Shown here: positions 1 to 12,974 of the stretch, piece by piece | Layout of the letters: each line of letters starts with the position of its first letter | Position numbering within the stretch: the stretch's first letter is position 1 | Assembly (NCBI GenBank): GCA_024137785.1 | Contig: JAHRHZ010000019.1 | Location: 49,875,755-49,939,754 of the forward strand | Length of the DNA stretch: 64,000 bases | Reading direction: 5' to 3' | DNA from: Ginglymostoma cirratum | Lineage: Eukaryota | Program-made: the position numbers and the translations under genes | The notes under the pieces: model-generated | Databases searched by the model: none | Told to the model about the DNA's origin: nothing | What the model saw: only the letters and a program-made list of their open reading frames with translations

Positions 1-385
1 TACTCCAAGTCCAGAATAAGAATAAAAAGCATCTTTAAAAGCAATCAAATTGTATTCCTTTTCACTGAGTGCGTGCCTGGTGGCTTCAGAACACAAGGCT
101 TCACTGCCTCCACATTCTGGGCTCCAGCCTGCAACTCGCCTCCAGGACTTGTCTCCCAGGTCGGCCTGGGCTCGGTCTGTTCCTGCTCCAACTCCTGCCT
201 GAAACTTGCTTCTGGGGCCCGCCTCCGTCTCCGACTTGTCTCCTGAGAATGGTTGGACTCAGACTTGCCTCCATTCTCCATTCCATCTGGGTAGGGCAGT
301 TTAAGAAGTTAAAGACTGGGGAGAGGGGGAAGAATAACTGCAGAAAAGAGGGGGAGAAAAAGAAAGAAAAGGGGAAAGGAACTTT
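1..385 (-). mobile_element. Probable partial copy of the CAAGATGG...ACAATAAA non-autonomous retroposon family (runs off window start)
   Basis: GC-rich body followed on + by an A/G-rich tract (gaaaagagggggagaaaaagaaagaaaagggg), the same layout as the minus-strand copy at 29343-29831; diagnostic termini not visible. Confidence 0.35.
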
Positions 386-798
386 ATTGAATGTAATGAG
401 AGGCTCTAGGATTGAAGTGGGTCTGGCAATGGGAGGGGGTTATAGCCCAGCATAGATTGCCTATTTGGTGTCATGTTTGGTCATTCAGGCACCATGCAAT
501 GTTCACCAAGTAGCAGTACATGCTGAATGAATGATGGAGAAAGGGCCCTTGTTACTGAAGTGCTGCACGAATCACTGACTGGAGGATATTTGCAGCTCTC
601 AAATGCAGGGGGATGATACCACTGACTTTTCTGAGACACAAGAACCTTATGTTCCTAATGTAGATCAATTCTACTGAGAGTACAGCACCCGGCTGCTGGT
701 GGGACAGTAGGGCGGCCTTTCTAAGATGGTGAAGACAGAAAGATCAGTGCCAATGGCCAGCCTTGGAGTGGCAGTAGTCCACTGCGGAGGATGAAGAA

Positions 799-986
799 TA
801 CCCAATTCCAGAGTTTTTCATCTGATTCCATGCCCCCATAATGGATGAGGTGCAATGTCAACACAGACTCCATATGTCGGAGGACACTGTGATGGGACTA
901 TGATGGAGTGAGACCAGCGAGCTGTAGAAATGGGGAGTCAACCTCTTCCGGCGGCTGTGAAAGTGACTGCTGCTTTGAACCTTTAT
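799..986 (+). pseudogene. Harbinger/PIF DDE transposase (HARBI1-like), N-terminal fragment, decayed
   Basis: Translates MDEVQCQHRLHMSEDTVMGL*... and GSQPLPAAVKVTAALNLY, matching the HARBI1-family pattern QCRRRLRMS..TV..LC / GHPLPVAVKVTAALNFY; stops and frameshifts present. Confidence 0.8.
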
Positions 987-2996
987 AGAGTCAAAGAGCC
1001 ATATAGCACAGAAAAAGGCCTTTTGGTCTAACTCATCTATGCTGACCGGGTTTCTCAAACTTAACTAGACCCATTTGCCTTTGTTTGGCCTTTATCTCTC
1101 TAATTCTTTCCTATCCATTTAACTTCCAAATGTCTTTCCAAGCTGTAATTGTACCTGTCTCTACCACTTCTTTTGGCAGCTCATTCCATATATGCACCAC
1201 ACTCTGTGTGAAACAGTTGCCCCTGAGGTCCCTTTTAAAGCTTTCCTGTCTCACCTCTAGTGCCCTTTAGTTTTGAACCCCTCTACAAGGAAAACACCTT
1301 TGCTATTCACCTAATCAAATCTTCTCATGATTTTATAAATCTCTATAGCATCACCCTTCAACGTCCTATGCTCCAAGGAGAAAAGTCCCATCCTATCCAG
1401 CCTCACCTTATAACTCAAACCTTCCAGTCCAACAACATTCCTGTAAATCTTTTTTGCACCCTCACCAAATTAATGATATCCTTCCTTATAGCAGAGTGGC
1501 CAGAACTGTAGACAGTACTCCAAAAGTGGCCTCAACAATGTCCTGTACAGCAACAACATGACGTCCCAACTTGTATACTCAATGTTCTGACCAATAAAGG
1601 CAAGCATGCCAATACCTTCGTCATTACCCTGTCCACCTGTGACGTCACTTTCAAGGAACTATGTACCTCAACCCCTACATCTCTCTGTTTGATAACACTC
1701 CTCAAAGCCTTATCATTAACTCTGTAAGTTCTGCCCTGTTTTATTTTACCAAAATGTAACACCTCATATTTATCTAAATTAAACTCCATCTGCCACTCCT
1801 TAGCCCATTGGTCCAGCTGATTAAGATCCCGTTGTATTCTTTGGTAACCTTCTTTACTGTCCACCATACCACCAATTTTGGTGTCATCTACACCTCCAAA
1901 TGCAGGTAAATCCTGTCCCTCAAAATCCCTTCCAACAACTTACCCACCATTAATGCCAGGCTCACTGGGCTACACTTCCCTGGCTTTTCCTTGCAGTGTT
2001 TCTTAAATAAAGGCACAACATTAGTCACCCTCCAGTCTTCTAGCACTTGACCCATGGCTTTTTGATACAAATAGCCTAGCATTTCTCTTCCCTAGCTTCC
2101 CACAAAGTCCTGGGATACACTTGATCTGGTCCCGGAGATTTATCTATCTTTACACGTTTTAAGACCTCTAACACCTCTTCTTCTGTAATGTGGACATTTT
2201 TCAAGACACCACTATTTACTTCCCCAAGTTCCCCAGATTCCATGTCTTTCTCCACAATCTGACATTGAATATTTTTTATTATCTCACCCATTTCCTGTGG
2301 TTCCACATGTAGACAGCCTCATTGTTCTTTACATGGCTCTATTCTCTCCCTAGTTGCGCTTTTGCCCATAATGTACTTGATGATCCTTAACCTTAAGTGC
2401 CGAGGCTATCTCATGTCTCCTTTATGCCCTCCTGATTTCCCTCTTAAGTATGCCCCTACACTCCTGAAGGGATTCATTCAATCTTAACTGTCTATACCTG
2501 ACACATGCCTCCTTTTTCTTGACCGGAGTATCTATATCTCTAGTCATCCATCGTTCCCTATTCCTACCGACCTTGTCCTTCACACTAACGGGAACACACA
2601 GTCCTTGAAATCTCCTTATCTCTCTTTTGAAAGCCTCCCACTTGCCAGTTGCCCCTTTACCTGTGAACAGCCTTCCCAATCAACTTTTGAAAGCTCATGT
2701 CTAATACCGTTAAAATTGGCCTTGCTCCAATTTAGAACTTTAACTTTTTGATCAGTTCTATCCTCCTCCATAACTAGTTTAAAATTAATAGAATTATGTA
2801 TAGAGAACTCCCCCATTCACACCTCAGTCACTTGCCCTGCTTTATGTCCCAAAAGAAAGGTTGGGTTTTGCTCCCTCTCTGGCGCTACTTCTACATATTG
2901 ATAAAGAAAATTGTTACAAAGACACTTAACAAATTCCTCTCTATCTAAGCAGTCACAGTCTATGTTTGAAAGTTAAAATCCCTTACCATTACAACC
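985..2996 (-). mobile_element. CR1-clade LINE (HER1-like), 5'-truncated with an internal RT deletion near 1890
   Basis: Minus ORFs give KSPGPDQVYPRTLWEARE, VLEDWRVTNVVPLFKK, QWAKEWQMEFNLDKYEVLHFGK; 3' tail at about 985-1030. Confidence 0.92.
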
Positions 2997-3600
2997 TTCC
3001 AGAGAGCAGCAGGTGACCTGTGTGGGATCTCTCAGCCATCCATCCACAAATACATTAGGTCAGTGACTGATGATGGGGTCAGTGCTGCAGACTCCCAGGT
3101 GCAGGGTACTATTGAATGCACACACGTGGCACTGGGGGCCTTATCACAACCCTAAGCAATTTATCAAGATTCAGCTAATGTGCAGGAGATCTGTGATCAT
3201 CATCACCACTTCCTGGAGATGTGTATTTGCTACCCTGGCATCTGCCATGACTCCTAGATCTTGGAGCACTGTAATATACCTGGTGCATATAAGGGTCCAG
3301 CTGCCTTATAAGGCTGGTTACTGGGGTACAAGGGCTACCCACTGTGACCATGGCTCATGAAACAATTGCACGACCTCCTGACAAATGAAGAGTGCAGAGA
3401 CATTGCTGCTCATGCTTTAACCAGAGACATTGTGTCACAGACACTAGAGCCACTGAAAATGCAGATTCACTGCTTATCTTGGGGGCACCCCTCCGACATA
3501 GTCTGGTAGAGTCTGCTGCATCACCCTCGTGTGCTATGCACTGCATAGTTGGAGCTGGCTGTGAGGCAATGTGTGAGATGTTGAAGAACTGGAGAAATGG
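2994..3600 (+). pseudogene. Harbinger/PIF transposase, catalytic and C-terminal part (continuation of 799-986)
   Basis: TFQRAAGDLCGISQPSIHKYIRSVTD; QVQGTIECTHVALGA; NVQEICDH..CYPGICHDS; GWLLGYKGYPL*PWLM; LKMQIHCL; LVCYALH - the HARBI1 motif series in order. Confidence 0.88.
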
Positions 3601-4316
3601 GAGCAATGTTCAGAGGAGAAGAGAGAGGACGTTAGGGAAGAGGTAACACACTTTGTGTATGACGGAGCTCAGTCGCATCGGGTGCTATAAGCCAGATAGT
3701 ACCTGATAGACACCCAGTTTCAGTAGATGGGAGCTGGGTGCAGCAGACAATCATGGAATGTAAAATAGTGTTCATCATTATGCCAGCATTTGATTTGCAT
3801 AATGGGGGCAACTGCAGCCTCCAATTGTTTTGTTTACGCTTACTTTTGCTGGCTATAAATAAAAACGAAGTTGTTTGATTGTTTGCCTGTATGTGATATT
3901 CCCCTACTGTGGCAGTAACAATGCAATGAGCACTGGGGTCAAGGGCAGAGAAACAGTGACTAGACGAGATGTACCAAAGGACATGGCCTGGAAGTTAAAC
4001 AATGACTACGGTGAGCGAATGGGGTTGCATGTGTGAGTTGCACAACTGCACAGCTGCCCAAAGTTTTTTTATGCCAATCGATATGTGGATCCATTGACTT
4101 ACAGTTCCAGAAACCACTGCTGCGCATGGACCTCAGAGCCAACAGGAAAATGTAGGGGAATGTAGCTGAAGAAGTGTCAGCCATGCCAGTTATATGCAAC
4201 ACTTAACACTTTCCTGTGGTAATTTTTATTGGCCATTATTCAATCATCTTGGATGCTCATTTGGAATTTGAATTGCTTGTTGAATTTTTTCTTTCTTTCC
4301 TGAATTTCCTGAAGTC

Positions 4317-5090
4317 CAAGATGGTGGTGGAGTAGTGGCACTATGTCAGAGCTCCTGGCCCAAGGCTCGTCCGCTTCCATCTGATTTCTTTGTTATTTTT
4401 CTTCTTACTTTTGCATGTTGCTTTTGCTCTTTTCTTTAGCTGTCTTTCTTTTCTTTTCAGAGGCCCTTTTGGCATCTTTGGCAGGTCAAGAACGGGCCTG
4501 GCCTCCCAGGCACCTGCGGCATGGGTGGCAAGAATCAGCTCCTCGGTGAAAGTGAGCCAGGGCGGAGGATACCAAGCCCTCGGAGAGCTCGTGAAGGTAG
4601 TCAGTGTGGGCCCAGCGGTGAGAGGTGGCACCAGAGCATGGCAATTTCAGCATTAGTGAGCCCAGCGCAGGACTCGAGGTGGTAGTGGTGGCACCAGCTT
4701 TCAAGATGTTGGCGACAGCATGGCAGCCTCTGTGGTTGGTGGAGAAGGCAGTATCTATGGTCAGTGTCGGTCAGGTGCGGCAATGCAGTTGGCCAGAATC
4801 AGCACTCCTGGTGGATCAACAGGAGCAGCAGTTGCATTAGTGGTGGAGTGGTAGGCCTGGAGAGGGCCTCCTGGAAAGACTGTCATGAAGGGACAGTGGA
4901 GGGCATGATGCCCGTTATGAAGACCCCCAACATTCCCATGTCGAATGGAGGACAAGAAGGAAGGGAGAACCCTGTTTTTAGTTATATTCTAGCAATATCT
5001 TATTATCTTCTATATCTCAAAATGGTGCTGGAATGTGGCAACATTTTACACTTATCACTGTATTTATTTGTTAAATCATTCGATTCAATT
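4317..5090 (+). mobile_element. Non-autonomous retroposon (CAAGATGG head, T-rich tract, GC-rich body, Rex1/Babar-like 3' end)
   Basis: Head caagatggtggtggagtag..gctcctggcccaaggctcgtcc and 3' aaaatggtg...tacacttatcactgta shared with copies at 11374 and 29343. Confidence 0.65.
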
Positions 5091-6279
5091 AAATTGGTGT
5101 CTGTATGAATTTAATCAGTTTGCAATGGTGGAGTTTCTGAATCCAAGGATAGTATAAATTAGGAATAGTGATCATACAATCATTGAATATTGGTTCAATC
5201 CACTGAGCCTTTTCACTCATCAACAATATAACTCTTCTAACATCCACATCTTGATTTCTACTTTCAGACTATTTCTTATCCCTTCCCATGGTTTACTCCA
5301 AATTCTTGGAATTTAACTTCTCGGCTTCAATGTAGAATGTTACCAAGCAGATTTTGGAATTCCATGTTTTAGGCTATTCCTCATGATAGTGAAGGGAAGA
5401 TAGGTGCACTTTGTGTAAAAAGTAATGATTGAACAATAAGTTTTAGATTGGTTAGGTAGCACCACTGAAAATTACATGTCTATGCATTCAGTACAGTACA
5501 GAAACTTACAGCAGTCATCCTGGGTTATGTTTTCGTATGTTTCAAAGTCTACCAGTATCAGTGAACCTTTTCATTTATGTTTTAGTTACGTACGCTAAAC
5601 TAGTAAATGTTATAAACTTTTCAATGAAGTACCTTAGACATGGCATTGAAATATAATGGATTACTATTTCATGCATCTGAAACAAACTATTTGATCCCAT
5701 TTTACTCAGATCTACCTTGTGCAGCATCTTGTGTCAATTCACAGCATCACTGTCGGAACATGATGTAAATCTTCAAATTTAAACACAGAGGATGAAATGC
5801 CTAGTTTTCCCCATTATTAAGATCTAATCTTGAAATTGGAATCTACAAAATTACAGTTTTCAAATCTGTATGTTTCTGTGAATACATTAGGTCTTTTATA
5901 CTGGATAATAACCACTTCCCAGTTTGTTTTTGAAAGAATAATATTACCAATGTGATTATTAAATCAATAGTTTAATAAGGTTATTCTTGTTAAGAAGCTG
6001 TTAGTAGAGACAACAGACTACAGAATCTCTGTAGACTATTGTGAGATTGTGACAATACTTCACAGTTGCCTGCAGAGATTATCTAGTCTGCAGCTATCCA
6101 TTGGTTAGACATCACAACACATTCTTTTCCTTACAGCAAGAATAAAAATTGTCATTAAATTACATTCTGGAAGCAATCAACACATTCAAGTTTGTTACAT
6201 TTTATTAACATCCTTTCAATCATTGGCACATTTGCGTATTGTTAAAATTTCTTCTAAGAACGTGTACTTTCTTTCATGG

Positions 6280-6790
6280 TAGGGAAATTAGGGTTAAGTC
6301 TGTCTCCCTTTAGCTGAATAGCCTGTAGTGATTTACTAGTCATTGAGCCATTGATTGGCTCAGGCCCATCTGGGAGGAGGACCCAGCTTCCAAAATCTGC
6401 TAGCCATCAAATGGCTGGAGTCCCAGTGATGGCAAATGGGAGGAGTGGACACTAATGGGATTATAGACAGTCCCGTCATACAGGATCCATGTTGCCAAGC
6501 TCACAAATAAGCCCAGTCAATCACCACGGCCAGGCTGGCAGATCCTGGAAAGGCCTAGGTTCAGTGGGGTGGAAGGGGTAACAAATGGGGGGGATATTAC
6601 CAGAAGTAGGGCTCCAATTGGCACTGGATGTGGACACTTCCTTCCACTGGTAAAATACCATTACTTGGTCACTAAAAAACACTCAATATGGTCAAGATTG
6701 CGAAAGCTACCCAATGCTTGCCCTGCTACCAATAACATTTTTGCAGTGGTAGATTGGCAATAGGCACGGCTCCACCACAGCAACTGGATT
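6280..6790. repeat. Degenerate GC-richer interspersed repeat, unclassified
   Basis: Abrupt GC shift; motifs (ccattgattggc, ggtaaaatacca) loosely resemble 48300-49750. Confidence 0.25.
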
Positions 6791-6814
6791 AACACATTAC
6801 TGCTAGTTCCAACA

Positions 6815-7146
6815 TTGCTCTGTAATCAAAAGGTTGTGACACTAACTACGCTGTTAGAACCATGTGGGGCTGGGGGACAGTTGCACATCAGATCTAGATA
6901 CAAAGCATAGAGATTCAAATGTGTCCTGAAGACTCCAGTGCATTATGTTCAAAATTCCCCTCCCGGATCAAACTCACCAAAAACAGATTACCTCATTGAT
7001 CATTCCATAGCTGTTTTCAGAAACTTGTGTTCACAATGTCAGTGATGTTTATCTGCATACCAACAAGGCCTGTATTTAAAAGGAATTCAGGAAGTTCTTA
7101 AGGACATTTCTGAAGCATTTAATAAAGTGATGTAGAAATACATCTT
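6815..7146 (+). mobile_element. Ancient Deu-domain (AmnSINE1/LmeSINE1-like) SINE remnant
   Basis: aaaaacagattacctcattgatcattccatagctgttt... and end gatgtagaaatacatcttt resemble the Deu core plus L2-type tail; similar to 62340-62566. Confidence 0.5.
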
Positions 7147-9778
7147 TTTTAAAAATTTCTTTAACTAATATTTCCAAAACAAACACAGACAAATAAGTCT
7201 TTTCCACTATAAACTAAACATATATTGTTAATTTACTAGATCCTGTTTTCTAGACAGTATGCCACTTCAAGTAAATGCAGCAGTTAATTTAAGAAGTTAA
7301 TTGGGTTAAGGCACTGGCACCTTTGACATATCCTTACGAGTTCAGGCTGCATTCTACAATGCATAGTAATTGCATTCTTATGATTTAGATGCTGACTTTG
7401 CGAATGGATGATAGTCAGTAGGAGATCTGCTCCACCACATTCTTGCTGACTCAGCTGACTTCCCAGAATTTCAGCATCTAAGGTTTCTTATTTACTTGCT
7501 TATTTTGTACAAATATTGTATAAATGATAGATCTGCGCCAACCTGCATTATCGCTGACCATTTTCTACGTAACTCTTTTCCCGGATTTGAAACAAAATGA
7601 GCAGATCCACCCTCTTGTTACAAATGAAACAATGATGTCAAACACTTAATTTGAACCACATCGAACATCAAAGACATCACTTGGAGGAATGATCATCTCC
7701 TCCATTCAATCATATTCCTTCCACTTTTACAAGGTAAACAAATAAGGAATGCTAATACAAGATGTAATTTTCCACCCTTTATAGACATTTTTCACAGCTG
7801 GAGCAAAACATGAAGCTAATGTTTTAACAGCATGGTAAATGTCATCTGTACATGGTTTGACATGCTCTGCCATCCATTTACGTACATATCTGGATTATGA
7901 GGATTTATTATGGAGAAGTAATTACTCTCCTTATTAAGCCTCACAATGTAACCCAGGTCCTGTGGACTGCTGGCTCATGCTAACCTACCACAATAGATTC
8001 TCACTGACAGCTGGCACGTGTCTTTTCTTCACAAAGCCTCTCCAGGATAACAGACCCCCACTGGTCAACCGTAACTGCTTTCCTGATGACAGTTCACCAG
8101 CACGTGTCTCATTGTTGCAGGGTCTTTCTGGTGAACCCTTAAACCCTTGAGAGCTGTTCCTCTAAAATAAGGTCACGACCCTTGGACTTTCAGATGCTGC
8201 AACAAATTGAAAGATTAACACATTTGTTTTATAAAAATGGATTGTGTAAATCTTATTATGCTGTTTGGATGAAAAATAAAGGAGACGGCAAGACTCCTGT
8301 GTGGTGTTTAGTGTCCAGCTGCAGCTAATTGACATTTCTTAAGGACTGCAAAAGGTGCAGTGGACTGAAGAGAAATTTCCTTCATCAGTTTTAATTCTTT
8401 TTAACAGACAATCGTTTCTGAACAGTACTTAAAATCAGGCGTCGCTCTGACCGACATTATTTCAGTCTATTATTATAGCTACCAGCTGTAAAACATGCCA
8501 TGCTTTAAACAATTTCACTTATTCCCATAAAGGACTATTTCTTGGTACCAATATTTGAACATCTTTTTAAATTTATTTCCACCATATTAGCCCTCCATAC
8601 ACTACATGCAAAGCAGCATGCATAGCCTTTTGCAGTATCTGTCACTTGCCCTTACATAAATAAAGTATTATACTTGTGGAATTCAGCTTCAGGTTAAGCA
8701 AAATATATTAGTTTAAGCTGTACATTCTAAATCTTATCATGTCCTTATTTCTGGTCAGCATTATTGCAGTAAAGTTTGTTCTGAAGCAAATTAGCCCTGA
8801 AATGTTAAGTTAGAAGAAGGACAATTTATTTTCTCATAAAAACGATGCTACATTTTAAAACACGTAATGATTGTTACATTTATAAGCGCACTCACTCACA
8901 GGAATAAATACACTGTACCTTTTGATCGTCACTGTTTGGGATATGGCCAAACTACTCAGGTGAAGAAGTGATCTGGGAGTGCAATGAAATTATAAACCTT
9001 TTACACATTTACAAATTTGCTGCATAGCGAAAATCTTCCAGAAGAAACTTTAATTTTGTATTCATAAATATCAAGAGCATATAAGCAATGAAAGCATTTC
9101 AGAAATGCTTTTTCGGTAATGCAGTTTACGTTTAATGTAAAAAAAATGGTGAATTGCATAATGTGATTTTTTTGAATCATTCTAAAGTTAGGTTGTGATC
9201 TTTTCATGTTATTTCCACAAAATTTTACTGAATTGTTTTACACTTTGGAGTGCACTTGAATAGGACACTTTGCACTTTTTATTGAATGTTGGCTATGGTT
9301 TGATTGATTCACCTACGTATAAAAAGAAATGAGGTACTGTAATTTATTAAAATGTGCAATGACAAAGTTGGCTTCAATATTAATTTCTTTATTACTTTCA
9401 CATAGATAAATTATCACAGCTCTACACTGTGAGGAAACAGAAACTTGAACACTCTCTTCACTAATACCAACACTTAGCAGTTGAAAATTATATTATCCCA
9501 TAGCCCGATTTCTGATATAACTCTTGTTTATACCCAACTCTCAATCAAGACAGAAAATTATAACATGATGACATTATAACAATCTTTACATAATGAATAT
9601 AATTGAACTTTTGATGACAGCTTCTTTATTATACTCAATGCATGGAATATATCAAAGTTACTCACATGAGGGGTCGGGCTCATCAACAATTAACTAATTG
9701 TTTTCATTGGAAATGTTTTTGTCAGCGGGGTGCTGCTAATCTCTGGATCTAAGCCTAGCCTTTTCTTAGCTTGCTTAC

Positions 9779-9855
9779 CTGTGTAACATCTCCAGCTCTA
9801 TCCATTCCATCTTGCAGCAGTAGTAAACTCTTTGCAGGGCAGTCCTGTATGCAGG
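9779..9855 (-). other. Candidate 77-nt exon of an unidentified host gene
   Basis: Minus-strand acceptor tctgtttctgtag| and donor CAG|GTAAGC in non-repetitive DNA; two open frames (..KMEWIELEMLH or ..GMDRAGDVTQ); no recognisable homology. Confidence 0.3.
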
Positions 9856-10409
9856 CTACAGAAACAGATCGCAAGTTGTATTTAATACAAATGAAGAAAA
9901 GCTAAGAAAACGATATGTGGCAGACGGATTGTCGACATTGCGATTCCCCCAATAGCAGAAGTCCTTTTGATGGTCTGAACCCTCTAAGCTGTAGGCCCTG
10001 CTGAGCCCAGCAGGAGCCAAACACTGAGCACCATCTGCCAGGGCTTCACTGTTTTACTTAGTTCCCCCACATTTCCCCACCTCCACCTCCATCTTCATCA
10101 CAAACTGATCTGAAAAGCTACAATGGAACAAAGAATCAGAGCTGATTGTCTCACAGAGTGAATACTTTTCAGCTGTGCTTGGTTAGTTTGGTTTCTCTGC
10201 TTCATGAACTAAACCTTTTGTTAAGCTCCAGCTTTATAACCACACTGGGGTGTGAGGAGGGAAAAATAAAGGTAATTTTGTTTGGTTATCGTGCAGAGCC
10301 TGTTTTGGAAGCAGAATTATCAATTTATTTTAAAAAAAGTCAATGTAAAACATACACTTTATGATACATTAGATCTAATTCTAAACCATTTTTGAATCAG
10401 TGTAGGAAG

Positions 10410-10620
10410 GATAATACCTTGCATTTGCATAGTGCCTTTAATGTGGAAAGTATCTTGGTACCTTTCACAGAAGTGTAACAATACAAAAATAGAGACTGAC
10501 CCAAAGACACAGTAGGCAGACTGAGCTAAAGCTTTGTTAATGGCATAGGTTTTACAGAGGATAATAAAGGGGGAGGCCAGCAGAAGGTTTAGTGAATTCC
10601 ATACTATGGAACCATGGTAT
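10410..10620 (-). mobile_element. L2-type LINE 3' end remnant
   Basis: ttgcatttgcatagtgcctttaatgt... is the reverse complement of the L2/DeuSINE-type tail (aaaggcgctatataaatgcaag). Confidence 0.45.
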
Positions 10621-10621
10621 T

Positions 10622-11175
10622 TGAATCAGAGAATAGTTACAGCACAGAGGAAGCCAGTATGCCTATTTAGTTAGTACTAGTTCTCTGAAAAAGCGATGCT
10701 GCTAGGTCCATATCCTTCTCCATGGTCCAACAAATTGTTTCATTGCAGGTCATTATTAAATTCCCTTTTGAAAGTCATGACTGAATCTTACCAGACATTC
10801 AGTTAGTGCATACCAGATCCTAACTACTTTGCTATGCAAAAATGTTTTACAATACGTCGCCTTTGGTTAGTTTGCCATTCAGTTTAGATCTGTGTCTTAC
10901 ACTTCTTGAAGGTGTGACCAGCAGGAACAGATTTTCCCTCTTAACGCTGCCCAGACCTCTCATAATTTCAAACACCTCTCTCAAATCTCCTCCCTATCTT
11001 CTCTAAGGAGAACAGTCCCACTTTCTCCAGTCTATCTGCTCCTCATTTCTGGTACCATTCTCATGAATCTTTTCTTTGTTCTTTCTCAAGCTTTCACATC
11101 CTTCCATGTGTGGTATCCCAAACTGAGCAAGATGCTCCAGTTGAGGCTGAATTAATGCTTCATATTCTACAGCTT
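10622..11175 (-). mobile_element. Old CR1 LINE 3' fragment
   Basis: ORF 11003-11194 YEALIQPQLEHLAQF resembles CR1 YKALVRPHLEYCVQFW; tail at about 10625. Confidence 0.65.
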
Positions 11176-11224
11176 CATAGACATATTTATTCATTTATAT
11201 TGTTGGATAGAAGAACCACAAATA

Positions 11225-12250
11225 TTCGTTTGTACATACAGCAAGTGATTAGGATGGTTATGGAATCTTATCATTTATTTCGAGGGGACAGTAACATAAA
11301 AGTAGGGAAGTGCTGCTTGAACTGAACAGGATATTGGTGAGACCACATCTAGAACTCTGTCATCATCACCTAGCAAGATGGCGGCGGAGTAGCAGGCTGT
11401 GTGCGGTCTCCTGAGCCTGGGGTCTTGTCCACTCGCATCTGTTTTCTTTCTTTTAACTTTTGCTCTTTTTCTTTTTCTTCTTTCTTTCTTTTTCTCATTT
11501 TTCTTTTCTTTCAAGCCATTTGCGGCAGGTTAATCGGCAGAATTGGCACAGCAGCAAGAGCAAGCCATGCGCAGAATGGTGGCAGCCTCCTGGCGGTTTG
11601 AGCGACAGCAGCAGACATGGCTCCTCTTGGCAATTGGAGGCGGTAGCAAGGACATCCTCCCAGTATTCAGGGCTGGCTGTGATGGCAAAGCTCCTCCTGT
11701 GATTGGAGGAGGTGGTGGTAGTGACAGCGACAGCAAGAACGCAGTCCCACCTGGCTATCGATGTGAGACTTACAGGCTGACCAAGACTTCAAGCAGTGGC
11801 TAGGCCTGGCTGCCTGTATCAGTGGTTCCAAAAGCCTTTATGGAGGTAAGACCTAGACTTTGAGATTTAGATAGTTTTCTTACCTTTTACTTTTTGTTTA
11901 TTTCTGCTTTTTTTTTCGAGGTTCTGGCTTTGTAACCAAAATGGTGATAGGGACGGGGGACTATGTACACTTTTCACTGTACCCATGTATTCCTAACTTG
12001 AATACACATAACAATAAAATCTAATTCGGATTCTAGTTCTAAGGTTTGGTTTGCTTCCTCAATAAGGGATGCAATTGCATTAGAAACAGTGCAAAGAGGA
12101 TTCAGTTGACAGATTCCTTCAATGAATGGATTATCTTATAAGAAAAGATTGGATAGATTAGGCCTGGTTAGAAGAATGACAGGTTATTTGCCAAGGTGGA
12201 TACTTAGAGGGTATGGGAGAGATCTATAGGAGAGACTAGAACTAGGACTG
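11225..12250 (+). mobile_element. Old CR1 fragment interrupted by the element at 11374-12042
   Basis: ttggtgagaccacatctagaa (LVRPHLE) before the insertion and gatgcaattgcattagaaacagtgcaaagaggattc (ALETVQRGF) after it. Confidence 0.65.
11374..12042 (+). mobile_element. Non-autonomous retroposon with Rex1/Babar-like termini, full copy
   Basis: Starts caagatggcggcggagtag; ends tacacttttcactgtac...aatacacataacaataaa + (tctaat)-like tandem tail; interrupts a CR1. Confidence 0.7.
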
Positions 12251-12974
12251 TACCTTGCATTTTTTGACTAAGTATGGGTTGTATTGAGTTTTGTGAAGAA
12301 ACTTTGTCCGTGGGGCTGTGCAAGTCCTTTCATTGTATCTTTTCAGAGCTGCCTCATCAAATACCTACTCTGCCTCTGTGACATTTCCCAAAACAGTAGA
12401 CTTGCATGCCCTCTGCGCTGTCTACTCATTACCTGGGATGACTTTACCACTTTCTGCCTACCGGCACCAGCACTAATAGCAGTGTCAGCCAATTTCATCT
12501 CACTCAATCTCTCCTTTCTCTCATTACAGGAGAATACAACCTATAACAGGACGGAGAAAGCCCATGCAACTGGAGAGGTACCTGACATTCGGGTCCTCAC
12601 TATCTTTGAGGAGAGAACCCTGGCCCAGGTCCTTGGGACCAGTCCTGTAAGATGCTAAATCATTCATGACTTGCCAATCAAGTAAGTACTGTGCTTCATT
12701 TCACTGGAAAATCTCACAGTAACCCCACTGTCTGTACCATTCGTTACTCACCACTTCTAACCACTGGCCTTGTGGCCTTCTCTCTCTTTTGTTCAGCAGG
12801 TATTGCCAGTATTTTCATCAGCTCTGCAGTGAAATGCCAGCACCTCCTGATGGCACTGCTTTGACCTTGACGACAAGAATATGGGGACCGCTGCATCTTC
12901 TATCCCCCAATTATCTCAGACACTGACACACTGGTGGGAATGTCAGCCTTAGAAAATTTGAGAGCGCAAACTGT

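Noticed and set aside
799-3600. Functional HARBI1 gene
   Set aside because: Multiple stops and frameshifts, a LINE insertion and mutated catalytic motifs
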